64,000 nucleotides of DNA, taken from positions 64,001-128,000 of the IMG/VR virus record IMGVR_UViG_3300043449_002450; one strand, given 5' to 3'. The notes below the pieces were generated by a model, which saw only the letters and a list, made by a program, of their open reading frames with translations, did not search any database and had not been told where the DNA came from. Each line of letters begins with the position of its first letter. Within the stretch, counting starts at the first letter, position 1. A program made the translations under genes and the position numbers. Source of the DNA: a virus. Shown piece after piece: positions 32,201 through 42,200 of the stretch.

Positions 32201-32294
32201 GCTAAATGGTCGCATAACGATTGTTCCAACACGCGCGGTTGAGTTCATCGCAATCGACTTCATAGTGACGAATGCTGGAGTGCAGTTCGCATGA
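29232..32294 (+). CDS. Tail sheath protein 1
   Basis: SPGFFETEIDLS, GPAFIPT, PWYAPAGFNR, LYDARINPI, WGQKTL, LNRVNVVR, FEQN and PTRAVEFIAIDF; GGAG SD before ATG 29232. Confidence 0.93.
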   Translation: MAEVTYRSPGFFETEIDLSGQVAAAPSGTPAGLVGTSPMGPAFIPTTVASLGEFTTVFGDDPNNRSPAYYAAQEYFKSGQALTFVRVLGAGGNASAADASITQTRGTVKGAGFVISGSVPAGTNDSRGVGFVQYIVGKHALQANDTTSSYAIFNEATNTYAGGSSNISLVRGVLLFATGTRAQVLNYADSYSVANASDDIATANSSGLFKLVISSSATGYGTADGSTGIKIYTASLDPDSDSYIGKVLNTSPQLFETHQHLLYQHFPVDGAVATLGTTDAVAIASGSELTSAASGDSTLPFARAFGRFDARYSASRTTPFISQPFGDKEYDLFYFESIGHGADTSTRFKIAITNLRKSDNPTDPYGTFNVIVRDFYDTDANPYIYEQFIGCNLNPLSGQYIGKMIGNLKSTYNFDATSQSERRFVTSGNYVSRSRFVRVIIDEQVEKGLVPNAALPFGFRGLPLLKTNDSLQDVGVKQTRRLALLGATTTLTSSVMPPVPYRFKITTGPTTNTPTFDGDDGNQEIVDGRLHWGYKFERVEIALDPNTSDKRNEYIDNIVKFAGIEKLDTLITGSGADSFANNKFTLAKVALYNQLNGRSVDTAVSDLSGTLNQVMVNAYYARSATPDPTNYTVDTGTGGTALTDRLTFASLCAMTSSYYFNRFTDYMKYTNVMYGGWDGTNILDPDMAKLNDKASSSETGGLAISSPNIGLAVSATSNVFGTSATNSVVNSYRSSIDIIADPIKSRVNVIAIPGIREPAITNYAMSSVKTYAKGLYLLDIPCYDDSNTRIFNTTSQPDVTNTIRNFATRRVDNRYAATYFPDVSLIDSTTDRRVRVPASVAAFGALSQNDKLAFPWYAPAGFNRASLAAVVNLATKVASSDRDALYDARINPITTFPGAGFVIWGQKTLQLANSALNRVNVVRMLIEVAARVSTIGLGYVFEQNTPSTRARFVSQLTPALTLVQSQSGIDSFTITMNETNNTQTDIEQNKLNGRITIVPTRAVEFIAIDFIVTNAGVQFA

Positions 32295-32321
32295 GAATAA
32301 TTAAATGTGGGAGCAGATGAT

Positions 32322-35204
32322 ATGAGTAGCCCATTCGTAAGAGTCAATATATTAGACCAGTCACAGCCCATACAATCGCCCGCGTCCGGCATACCGGCGG
32401 GCGTTGTTGGAACTGCTGCAGGCGGTCCTGCGTTCGTCCCTGTTACTTTCACAAATTACGCATCTTGGCAAACGCTATTTGGCGAGAGCGGCGACAGATT
32501 CGGCCCCATAGCTGTTAGCCAATGGCTTGCAAATGCTTCACAGGCTACATATGTCAGAGTTCTTGGCACCGGTGACGGTAGCAAAAGAAATGCTTCTACA
32601 GGCCAGGTAAATAATGCCGGATTCGTTGTCGGTGGTCAAGAAGTTTTAAACACCGGGTTATTAGGCAATAACCCATATGCGAATGTCGGGGGTGTAGAAG
32701 GGAGAACGCACTTCTTAGGTTGCTACATGTCAGAGTCAGCAGGATCCACAGTATTCTCTGAGGCTGGAATACAAACTGGACCCGCTGCTGTTTCCATTCT
32801 TCGTGGCATTGTCATGACACCCTCGGGCGTTGCTCTAACACTATCCGGTGTTAATATTGCGTCAAACGCGCCCGCATCTCTGTCATCGGCTCCAAATGGT
32901 GGCACAACTGGTTCTATTGATGTGGCATCTGGTCAATTTACATTACTGCTTAATGGCCACATCTCAACATCGCGCTATCCCAATATAATCACTGCATCAT
33001 TTGCTGGTGATTCACATATAAAGAACGTCCTTAATCGTGATCCGACGCTAATTCAACAGGCAGGACACTATCTTTACACATTTTATGACGTTCCTAGCTC
33101 ACTAGCAGTCATTACTGGCACCAATGTGTTGAAGACGACAGATGCGTTAGCTAAGATTGATGCCGTGTTTGTTGCTACCAGCTCGATCTCTAGGAACACA
33201 TCTACGACAGTCATACCGAACTATGAGAATTTTAGAGAGAGATATCAGACACCTCATACACCTTACATTGTGTCACAAGACTTCGGAGGATCTAGATATC
33301 CACTCTTTAAGGTCGTCACACTATCTGACGGTGCAGTTCCGAATGTCAACGATTCTTATCGCATAAGAATTGAAAATATTCGTCCATCAAACAATGATGC
33401 CTATGAATATGGCACATTTGACCTGTCAGTTATCAAATATTTCACAACTGGCAGCGAGCTTGTAAAGCAGTTCTCAGGCCTGTCTCTAGATCCTACGTCG
33501 CAAAACTACATCGCGCGCCAGATCGGAGACCAGAACGTCTACTTTGATTTTGATAGAGCATCCAGCTCACAGAAGCTAGTTGTTTCTGGTGACTATCCCA
33601 CAACAACACCGTATGTTAGAGTTGAGCTCTCAAGTGATCTGGTCGCAGGAAACGTTCCAGCTACAGCACTACCATTTGGATTTAGAGGTTATGGTGTGCC
33701 TGTCACATCGGGCAGCATCCTTGCATATCCAAGTGACTCGGGCGCAGTGAACGCAGGACAGCTCGACATAATAAGAAGAGTCGTTGTTCCGCCAGTTCCG
33801 ATGAGAAAGAATATCTCGACTGGCACACCGGCTGTCGCACAAGACACTCTGCCATGGGGAACACAATTCACGCTCCAGAGTCTTACTGACGGCTACAACT
33901 ATTCAGAAGTTTATGATGACTCAGTCGCTAGTTATGCATCTTTCTTCCCGTCATTCAAGCCAGGCGGTGCTAACTTCTTTAACGAGAATAGCACGTCTGC
34001 TGATTCTTTTGCCAATAACCTCTTTACAATAGAAAAGATAAAGGTCGTAACCGGGTCAGACACTTATGCAGATCCTGAGCAGTGGAATAGCGCAACATAT
34101 GTTCGCCAGGGTGGAATCACTGCAGACTCTGCTGCAAAGACACGTGCTTTAACAGCGGGGGACCTGGGTAACACAACTTCAAACACAAACACATATGTTT
34201 GGTTTGATGTCATGATGCAAGGCGGATTTAATGGCACAAACATCTTTGACGCTGAGAAGACAAAGCTGACAAATCTTGCCGCCAAGAGAGAAGTTGACGA
34301 TATCAATCAAGGCGGCGCGACATCAGGACCCACGGTCGTTGCTTACAAGAAGGCTATCGACATAATGGGTAGTAGCGCTGATACAGACATCCAGGTTCTC
34401 GCAACGCCGGGAATAAGGATACCAAGCATCACAAATTACGCAATTTCTGCAGTTGAAAATCGATTTGATGCAATGTATGTCATGGACATTGAAGAGCGCG
34501 ACAATCTCAATAATGTGATAACAGGATCGACGACGCCAGAGGTAACAAGCACGGTTAACGCTTTCACATCTAGAAACCTGAACTCATCGTTTGTTGCTGC
34601 TTACTTCCCAGACATCTTTATGAACCACCCAGACACGGGCATTCCGACCAAAGTGCCACCATCGATAGCTGCTCTAAGTGCCTTTTCATCTAACGACAGG
34701 ATCGGATCATATTGGAATGCACCTGCAGGCTATAACAGAGCAGCGCTCACAAATGTGACAAACTCATCCATAGAGTTTAAGCAGCGGGATCTTGATGTCT
34801 TGTATGACGTTGCAATCAATCCCATCGTATTTTTCCCTGGCAGCGGATTTACGGTGTGGGGCCAGAAGACTCTTCTAAAGGCAGCAAGCTCGCTTGATAG
34901 GATTAACGTAAGGCGTCTCCTCATATTCCTAAGACGTCAGGTCCGCGCGGTCGCAAACAGCCTTCTATTTGAGCCTAACACACAGGCAACACTTGACAGG
35001 TTTAACGCGCTTGTTAACCCAATCCTACAGCGTGTCCAGGCAGGCGGAGGTGTGGATAGATACAGAGTCCAGATCGATACGTCTACAACAACACAGGCTG
35101 ACATTGAGAATAATACGATCCGCGGCAAGATCTTCGTACAACCCACAAGAACAGCAGAGTTTATCACCATTGACTTCGTCGTCAATGGTCGTAGCACAAG
35201 TTAA
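32322..35204 (+). CDS. Tail sheath protein 2
   Basis: GPAFVPV, WNAPAGYNR, INPI, WGQKTL, LDRINVRRL, LFEPN and PTRTAEFITIDF. Confidence 0.93.
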   Translation: MSSPFVRVNILDQSQPIQSPASGIPAGVVGTAAGGPAFVPVTFTNYASWQTLFGESGDRFGPIAVSQWLANASQATYVRVLGTGDGSKRNASTGQVNNAGFVVGGQEVLNTGLLGNNPYANVGGVEGRTHFLGCYMSESAGSTVFSEAGIQTGPAAVSILRGIVMTPSGVALTLSGVNIASNAPASLSSAPNGGTTGSIDVASGQFTLLLNGHISTSRYPNIITASFAGDSHIKNVLNRDPTLIQQAGHYLYTFYDVPSSLAVITGTNVLKTTDALAKIDAVFVATSSISRNTSTTVIPNYENFRERYQTPHTPYIVSQDFGGSRYPLFKVVTLSDGAVPNVNDSYRIRIENIRPSNNDAYEYGTFDLSVIKYFTTGSELVKQFSGLSLDPTSQNYIARQIGDQNVYFDFDRASSSQKLVVSGDYPTTTPYVRVELSSDLVAGNVPATALPFGFRGYGVPVTSGSILAYPSDSGAVNAGQLDIIRRVVVPPVPMRKNISTGTPAVAQDTLPWGTQFTLQSLTDGYNYSEVYDDSVASYASFFPSFKPGGANFFNENSTSADSFANNLFTIEKIKVVTGSDTYADPEQWNSATYVRQGGITADSAAKTRALTAGDLGNTTSNTNTYVWFDVMMQGGFNGTNIFDAEKTKLTNLAAKREVDDINQGGATSGPTVVAYKKAIDIMGSSADTDIQVLATPGIRIPSITNYAISAVENRFDAMYVMDIEERDNLNNVITGSTTPEVTSTVNAFTSRNLNSSFVAAYFPDIFMNHPDTGIPTKVPPSIAALSAFSSNDRIGSYWNAPAGYNRAALTNVTNSSIEFKQRDLDVLYDVAINPIVFFPGSGFTVWGQKTLLKAASSLDRINVRRLLIFLRRQVRAVANSLLFEPNTQATLDRFNALVNPILQRVQAGGGVDRYRVQIDTSTTTQADIENNTIRGKIFVQPTRTAEFITIDFVVNGRSTS

Positions 35205-35232
35205 TAGATAAGTAAGAATATAGGAGCGACAT

Positions 35233-35730
35233 ATGGCGACCGCAGCAGAAACATTATCCGTCACGGATATGCTTCCTAACAAGTTTGAGCCCAAGAGGAA
35301 GCATCGATGGATATTTTCCATCGAGGGCATTGACGCGTTCCTGATCAAGTCGACATCGCGTCCAACATTCACCATGACTGACAAACCAATCCAGTGGATG
35401 AACGTGACACGTTACATCTCTGGAAAGATGACATTTGGCACAATCAACGTCAACCTCCATGATCCAATCGCACCATCAGGCGCACAGCAGGTCATGGAGT
35501 GGATCCGCACTCATCACGAGTCGGTATCTGGAAGAAGCGGTTACGCCGACTTCTACAAGCGTGACTGCCAGCTAAAGATGGTCGATGGAATTGGAACTGT
35601 CGTAGAGCTCTGGGATCTGAAGGGATGCTTCCTCACCAACGCGAACTTTAACGGCGTTGATTACGGTGCTGACGACCCGATCGACATCGCGCTCACGATC
35701 AGGTTTGACAACTGCGTCCTGCAATACTGA
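35233..35730 (+). CDS. Tail tube protein (T4 gp19-like)
   Basis: FEPKRKHRW, VMEWI, YKRD, WDLKGCF and LTIRFD; AGGAG SD; follows the sheaths. Confidence 0.88.
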   Translation: MATAAETLSVTDMLPNKFEPKRKHRWIFSIEGIDAFLIKSTSRPTFTMTDKPIQWMNVTRYISGKMTFGTINVNLHDPIAPSGAQQVMEWIRTHHESVSGRSGYADFYKRDCQLKMVDGIGTVVELWDLKGCFLTNANFNGVDYGADDPIDIALTIRFDNCVLQY

Positions 35731-35746
35731 TTATTCATCATTTGTT

Positions 35747-35772
35747 AGAACAGGCCTTTTAGGGCCTGTTCT
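35747..35772 (+). terminator. Putative intrinsic terminator after the tail tube gene
   Basis: AGAACAGGCC...GGCCTGTTCT inverted repeat followed by TGTTT. Confidence 0.7.
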
Positions 35773-35809
35773 TGTTTACACATGATCTTTTGCTGCAATA
35801 ATACTGATT

Positions 35810-36637
35810 ATGCCTAAAAGAGACTCAACAGATCTAGTTAGTCAAATTCCACGCAGCTCGCCTGTCCAGGACGTATTTGGGTGGACAATTCCAATTGAGC
35901 AGATTCCACTCCCGTCGAATGGTCTTCTGTATCCACCACAATCAGTTTTGCACAACAGGGAGACAGTGCAGATCAAGGCGATGACTGCGCAGGAGGAAGA
36001 CATCCTCATGAGTCGCGCGCTGCTGAAGGAAGGAACTGTTCTGACGCACTTGATCAAAAGCAGCTTGATTGACAAGACAATAGACCCAGCAGATCTTTTG
36101 GCAGGTGACAGAAATGCCATCTTGATTGCCATTAGGATCACTGGCTACGGCAGTGACTATTCGGCGCCCATGGCATGTCCTGCTTGCGCTAGGCAAGACA
36201 TCCAGAACTTTGATCTATCGAACTTGGGCATCAAGCGTCTAGAAGTGCAACCTGTAGCGCCTGGCGCAAATGAATTCGAATTCATTCTACCTGTCTCAAA
36301 GAAGCGCGTGACCTATAAGCATCTCACTGTCAGAGATGAGGAAGATGCGGTCAAGACAGCAGAAAGGATGCGCAAGCTATTTCCAGATGCTAAGGTCGAA
36401 AATGACGTAACACGTCAATTAGAACTTCAGGTCGTGTCAATCGATGGTAATAGAGATAGAGCACCCATCAGCGCCTTTATCAAGGCTATGCCAGCGCGTG
36501 ATTCAAGAGAGCTTAGGGCACACATCTCTAAGACAGAGCCTGGAATTGACACACGTGTTGATGTTAAGTGCAAGTCTTGCGGCGTGGAGTCGAAGGTTGG
36601 TTTGCCAATCGGTGTCGGATTTTTTTGGCCTGAGTGA
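35810..36637 (+). CDS. Baseplate hub assembly/tail assembly chaperone (T4 gp26-like)
   Basis: LPSNG, MTAQEEDIL, GDRNAILIAIRITGYG, two CxxC pairs and a C-terminal FFWP; lies between tube and tape measure. Confidence 0.75.
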   Translation: MPKRDSTDLVSQIPRSSPVQDVFGWTIPIEQIPLPSNGLLYPPQSVLHNRETVQIKAMTAQEEDILMSRALLKEGTVLTHLIKSSLIDKTIDPADLLAGDRNAILIAIRITGYGSDYSAPMACPACARQDIQNFDLSNLGIKRLEVQPVAPGANEFEFILPVSKKRVTYKHLTVRDEEDAVKTAERMRKLFPDAKVENDVTRQLELQVVSIDGNRDRAPISAFIKAMPARDSRELRAHISKTEPGIDTRVDVKCKSCGVESKVGLPIGVGFFWPE

Positions 36638-36830
36638 AGCCTATCGTGAGATCCAGCTAGAGGAATTCTTCATACTCATGAAGATGTGCAACTTCTCATA
36701 TGAGAATTTAAGGAATCTTCCCGTGCCTTATCGGACATGGTTCATAAAGCGCCTCCTGCGAGAGAGAAATGAGCTACCGAAGGATCAATATGGAGTTGAT
36801 ACGGATACGCCAATATTCGCCGGTAGATAA
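36620..36830 (+). CDS. Probable frameshift extension of the chaperone (gp51/gpT-like segment)
   Basis: The +1 frame after the T7 run reads FFGLSEAYREIQLEEFFILMKMCNFSYENLRNLPVPYRTWFIKRL, with no clear SD or start before the conserved-looking part. Confidence 0.6.
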
Positions 36831-36838
36831 ATAGTATC

Positions 36839-39061
36839 ATGCCAGCACCTCCGCCACCTCCTGGAAGCCCACCATCGTCGACACCTAGCCAAGTTGCTAG
36901 TCAGGTGGCCTCTAATATCCAGCAAGATGTTAAGAATGTTCTAGATTTTGCTAAAGCAGTCGAGCAAGCTGCGCTCTCAATCAAGGGAGTGTCAGATCTG
37001 CTAGGTGACACTCTCTCTGCAACGTCAGAGAAGAGTGTCTTCTTTACCATGCAGAAGTCGATTGATCTTGTCCAAAAGCGGATTCAAGAGCAAGAGAAAG
37101 CCGATCGACAGTCTGTTCTTGCATCATCGATGCTTGAGCGTATCACAGGTATGAACGCGATAGCAAGAGCTGAGACTATCAAGGAGCTCGGCCCAGACTC
37201 ACTATTGTCGCGCGTATCTGATGGCATGTTTAAGACTGTCAACGACTACGGCAAGTCAATGATCACGTTTCTTGATGGAACGACTGTTAAGGCGGCAGCC
37301 GCATTCGGTGACATCAACGAGCTCTTTGAGAACTTCAATAACGCGATCCTCGATGACACTAGGCTGACTGTTGCAGCACAGCGAAACATAAATTACGATC
37401 TTGTTGAAAGCACTAAGCTTGCGACCAAGCAGCTAGGATTATCACAAGCCGATCTCAACGAGATCTTCCAGAAAGAACTATCAGAGCAGGGTGAGATTAC
37501 AGGTAAGGCGCTAAAGGACTTTGAGAAAACTGCATTAACAGCAGCACAAAGCACAGGAATGAGCGTTACTCTGATCACCAAAGACATGGCGAAGATGACA
37601 AGCGACTTTGCTCACTTCGGCATGATGACCAACGAGCAAATGGCATCACTATCAGTCAACATCCACCAGTTGGGGATGGACATCAGTGATGTGACACGCC
37701 TGTCAGATAATTTTTCATCGTTTGACAAGGCTGCTGCAACCATGAGCAACCTTGCTGCCTCGACTGGAGCAACACTTGACACATTAGAGCTGTTTAAGCT
37801 CGCTAACACTGACCAAGAAGAGTTCATCAGGTCTCTACGACAGCAGCTTGAGGACCAGGGTGTCGAGTTTGAGAGCATGAACTTTTTGCAACAAAAGCAA
37901 ATAGCATCAGCTTTTGGCCTTGACCCTAGGGTCATGCAGCGCCTGTTAAGTGACAACTTTGAGATGGTCGACAATATGACGACCCAATTTCAAGCTGCTA
38001 AGGATGAGACAAGCGATGAAACATTAAGAGCAACGCTTGTGGGCCTAGGCTCGCTTCGAGATGAAGTCTCTAAGCTTGACGTCGCAACTCTTGCACACCG
38101 CGTTGCAAGCTTGCAAGGTGCATCAGCTCAAGTCGCGCAGGATCTTGAGAAAACTTACAGAAGTGTTCTACAGCTCACCGACGTGGGAGTCGCGAAGCTC
38201 GGCGGCGGCCTTGACGACATGGTCAAGAAAGCTGAGCATGCGAGAAAAATGCTGGTAGATTTCTCCGAGAATGTTGTAACTCAAAATTTGCAAGCAACCC
38301 CAGCACTTGCAGCAACTTATGACAAGGTTGGTCATCAAATTGCCGAAAGCATGGCAAGGGGTCTTGAAAATTCTAAGCCTGTAATACGAGAGATAGCATT
38401 TGGTGTGGGCAAGGAGCTTGTTGCAGGCTTAAAGGCAGGCTCTAGTGATCTTACGCCTAGATCACCATCGGTATTTGGAACTGAGATTATCAAGGGAATT
38501 GAGCTAGCATTTAAGAAATTTGATGATGAAAAAGTTGCAGCAAATTTCGGCGGTAAGATGTCAGATGATCTCAAAAAGACGCTAGCGAGCAAGCGTCAAG
38601 AGATTACATCAACGCTGCAAGGCATTGGTGCAGAGATTGAGGCGGAGTCTTCTGTCGCTGCCATGACTAAGAGCGGTGCCGATGTAAACGCTCTAATCGC
38701 AGGTCGCTACAAGGACATCCTCACAGCAGAGCAGGTCGCGAAGCTTAGATCAGGCGGTGCAGAGGCTGTAGCATCAGAGATGTATGAGAAACAGATCAAG
38801 GGACTCGCAGCGCCTGCTGCACCTGCTGCTGGAGCTGCTGCAGCGACAGGAACAGCCGCTACACCTGGTGCACCAACAAAGATCGAGCTCACGCCACAGG
38901 ATATCAAGATACACGTGACACTATCAGGTGGTGATGCTCTCACACAGTTGCTTGCTGACGCGATAATCGGTGCTGCCACCAGCGCCGATGGCATAAAGCT
39001 CACATCCTCAGGTGATAACATCAAGCTAGCAACAGTAGGAAAGACAGATGCAACAAGCTGA
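36839..39061 (+). CDS. Tape measure protein
   Basis: 740 aa Ala/Leu/Gln-rich helical protein after the chaperone; MNFLQQKQIASAFGLD-type segment. Confidence 0.75.
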   Translation: MPAPPPPPGSPPSSTPSQVASQVASNIQQDVKNVLDFAKAVEQAALSIKGVSDLLGDTLSATSEKSVFFTMQKSIDLVQKRIQEQEKADRQSVLASSMLERITGMNAIARAETIKELGPDSLLSRVSDGMFKTVNDYGKSMITFLDGTTVKAAAAFGDINELFENFNNAILDDTRLTVAAQRNINYDLVESTKLATKQLGLSQADLNEIFQKELSEQGEITGKALKDFEKTALTAAQSTGMSVTLITKDMAKMTSDFAHFGMMTNEQMASLSVNIHQLGMDISDVTRLSDNFSSFDKAAATMSNLAASTGATLDTLELFKLANTDQEEFIRSLRQQLEDQGVEFESMNFLQQKQIASAFGLDPRVMQRLLSDNFEMVDNMTTQFQAAKDETSDETLRATLVGLGSLRDEVSKLDVATLAHRVASLQGASAQVAQDLEKTYRSVLQLTDVGVAKLGGGLDDMVKKAEHARKMLVDFSENVVTQNLQATPALAATYDKVGHQIAESMARGLENSKPVIREIAFGVGKELVAGLKAGSSDLTPRSPSVFGTEIIKGIELAFKKFDDEKVAANFGGKMSDDLKKTLASKRQEITSTLQGIGAEIEAESSVAAMTKSGADVNALIAGRYKDILTAEQVAKLRSGGAEAVASEMYEKQIKGLAAPAAPAAGAAAATGTAATPGAPTKIELTPQDIKIHVTLSGGDALTQLLADAIIGAATSADGIKLTSSGDNIKLATVGKTDATS

Positions 39062-39236
39062 TGATAATTTTGCGGATGAGCTCGTCGAGCTAGTGAACAG
39101 CACAATCACGAGCATCAAGTCAGTCTACATGGACCAGCAATTTCTTAGCAAGGTCGACCAGCTCTTGGCGGAGATACCTATTAACGTAGGCGATGCCACA
39201 CAGGACGAGGATGTCAACACGTCAGACACTACGTGA
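39048..39236 (+). CDS. Small acidic hypothetical protein
   Basis: AGGA SD; bridges the tape measure stop and the next start with short overlaps. Confidence 0.45.
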   Translation: MQQADDNFADELVELVNSTITSIKSVYMDQQFLSKVDQLLAEIPINVGDATQDEDVNTSDTT

Positions 39237-42200
39237 TTTTTTAAGCAGCGTGGGCTCCACAAAGAGCTCGATATCCATCGTAGTCGAAGGTGACCCAGCA
39301 ACAGGAATAGTCGCCGAAGGGAACGATCTGGGCGTTGAGCCCCAGACAGCAAAAGAGCTCCTAGACTTTAGCACAGGAGATTCTTTGCTGGGTGACTACA
39401 CGTCTTTTGTCACTCGTCGAAACATGTATCCCATCATGCCAGGAACGAGAGCAGCACCCGAGGCGAGGCGCGGGAGCGCGCTCGAGCCACCCGAGGAAGT
39501 GTCTGCTGCAAGAGTATTCGCTGCATCTAACACAGATGAGATCGATAGATCTAGCAGCGGGATGTTCGATGCGGCAGGTGTGCCGCTCAGAACGATCGTA
39601 GATAAGGTTGGCAATGGGTCCGCAAGAGATGGCAACTATCTGTTGCCTGAGGTTGTCTCTGCGCCCGCCAACTCCGATGCTGCTGCAGGTCAGAGCAATG
39701 CAGTTGTTGGTGCGTTCGCCATGCTCAAAAAATACAACAACATGGGCCCAACATCTGACACTCAGACATACACAGATGGCTATAGCTCTGTTGAAAGATT
39801 TGGTAGACAGTCCCAGATTAGAATTCAAACAGGCGAAGGCGTTTATGAGCCACAAACTGTTGAGTTAAGTGCCGACATAGGCCAGTCTGACTTAGTTGAG
39901 ATAGCTAGAAGCATGATGATTCGTGCCGCGGGATGGGATCGAACAATTTCTCCTGGTGATGCTGGCAATCCCGAGGGCGTCTTCAATGCCGCTAGTCTAG
40001 AACGACTTGATAGCTTTCCAGGTATTTCTGGACGTCAATCTGGACCAGACCCATACCGTGCAAGAGACGCATATGGAATGCCTGCCTCGGCCACGGGAGA
40101 TAGCATACTCGAAGGTCAAGGTGACATACTACCAAGAACGACAGAAGATGCAAAATACACATCTTCTAACGGCTCTTCTGACACACCCTACAGCCCCTAC
40201 CTTGACGATCCTTCAACCGCAATCGGAAATAGAATTCAAGCACTGCAATCAGGCATTGCTATAATGGGCCTAGCGTGCCTGCTCGATAGATCATTTATTG
40301 CCATAGACCGATATGTCAGCGAGCTCCAGATAAAGTCTGATTCATCTGATCCTGAACACAATGACAATGTGCTTCGTGGTCCTTATTTTATGGGCACAAG
40401 CTTGAAATCTAATGTTTCATCACGAGTTCGTGCATACACGCGCGTTTTCACAACTACAACAGGAATTTACAGCTACCGCGCTTGTGTCGCTGAAGCACTA
40501 TATGGCTTGTTTGGTATTAATTTTGTAGATCTTGGACGCACAGAGGGTTTTGACATCAACACGACGGTAATAGCAAGAGCTTATAAGGAAGAAATTACTA
40601 AGATCGCTAACAACACGGAGAACGGAGCAAACTTTTATCAGTCACCCATGGGCATGTCGCACGGATTCTGGAAGTCGGTCTCTCAGAGCGCAATAAGAAC
40701 GATTAAGAATCTACAGAATGCTGCTGTCGAGGGCAATGCATCAGACTTTGTCTCAGCGATCACCGGTCTCTCAAATTCGCTTGCAATCAAGATCTTGAAT
40801 GTCTTTGCGCAGATCGGTTATCAGCGTCTTGTCATACAGTCTATACCTACATCTGAAATTGCAGAAGGCGGCCAGGTCAAGAATCCATGGGGCATAGATG
40901 ATTATCCAAATGCACCAGGCACGCGGCAGATGAAATCACGTGATGGAGTCCTTAGCAAGACTTCACTGGCATGGAGAAATAGTGCGTTACCCAGCATGTT
41001 CTTGCTGCCCGTCGAGGCAATGTCGGCGACGCTAGATCTCGATTTTCTCACTGACAAGGAAGCGGGCTCAAATCCCATAAAGGGAATGTTGGGATCCACA
41101 CTTTTTGATAAAGTCTACGTCAATGCAACAAGAAACAGCTCGATGATACCTGCAGCTGTTGCTAAACGCCTAGAGGATCGCCTTGGAGCCGAATATCTGC
41201 CCTTCTACTTCCGTGACTTGCGCACTAACGAGATCATAGCATTTCACGGCTTTCTAGAGCAAATCAGCGACGGTTTTACGCCTAGCAACACGACGACAAC
41301 AGGATTTGGGCGATCTGACGGTGTTAGAAATTACAGCAGCACAAAGCGAGCAATCGGTGGAACATTTTGGATTGTTGCAACATCGAAGGAGGACTTCGAT
41401 GAGATGTGGTTTAAGATAAACAAGCTGACGACCATGGTCTACCCACAATATACAAAAGGGCGCCTTGTAAGAGCAAAAAACAACACTTTGGGCGCTGGGC
41501 TTATTAGTCCTGCAGATGTTGATTTTGAACAACCTTTTAGCCAGCTCGCAGGCGGAACACCTATCATTAGAATGCGTGTTGGTGATCTCATAAAGAGCAA
41601 TTATAGCAGATATAACTTCTCAAGACTTTTTGGCGTGGGAAATGATACTTTCAAGGGAGTAGATGAAAAGGGCCTTGGAGCTGCTGTGATAAGCGCCGTT
41701 GCGGGCGGACTCGGTGGATTAAGAAGCAGTAGCCTAGGTGGTTTTAATTTTGACGCGAGGCTCGTGCCATTTTTGGTTTATGCTGCATCTCCCATGGAGG
41801 CTGGTCGACTTACGGGCCTCATCGGCAATGCCACGGGACAGGCAGCAGCTGACTTCGCCGCTGAAGCTGCAGGAGATGCTATTGCTTACTTGCTTAAGAA
41901 TGGCTTTGTCAATCCCCTGATATACGGCGACAGAAAAAAGATGTTTGCGGGTGAAAGAGAGGAAACCGATGGGCTAATCAGCGCGCTATACGGCGCAGGA
42001 ACTGTTTTGCTGAAATCTAGGGGCACACCTTACATTGTCAATAAAGATAATAGCACAGTCAACATGCGCTTGCACAGGCCTGTTCTTGTTAAGGTGGGTT
42101 CAAAAGTTAAAAATAGCAGCGGACCTTCTTTTAATGTCACGATCGTAGATGAGTCTGCTGGTAATCTAAACGGCGCCAAATTGATAGTGTCTGATGCTGA

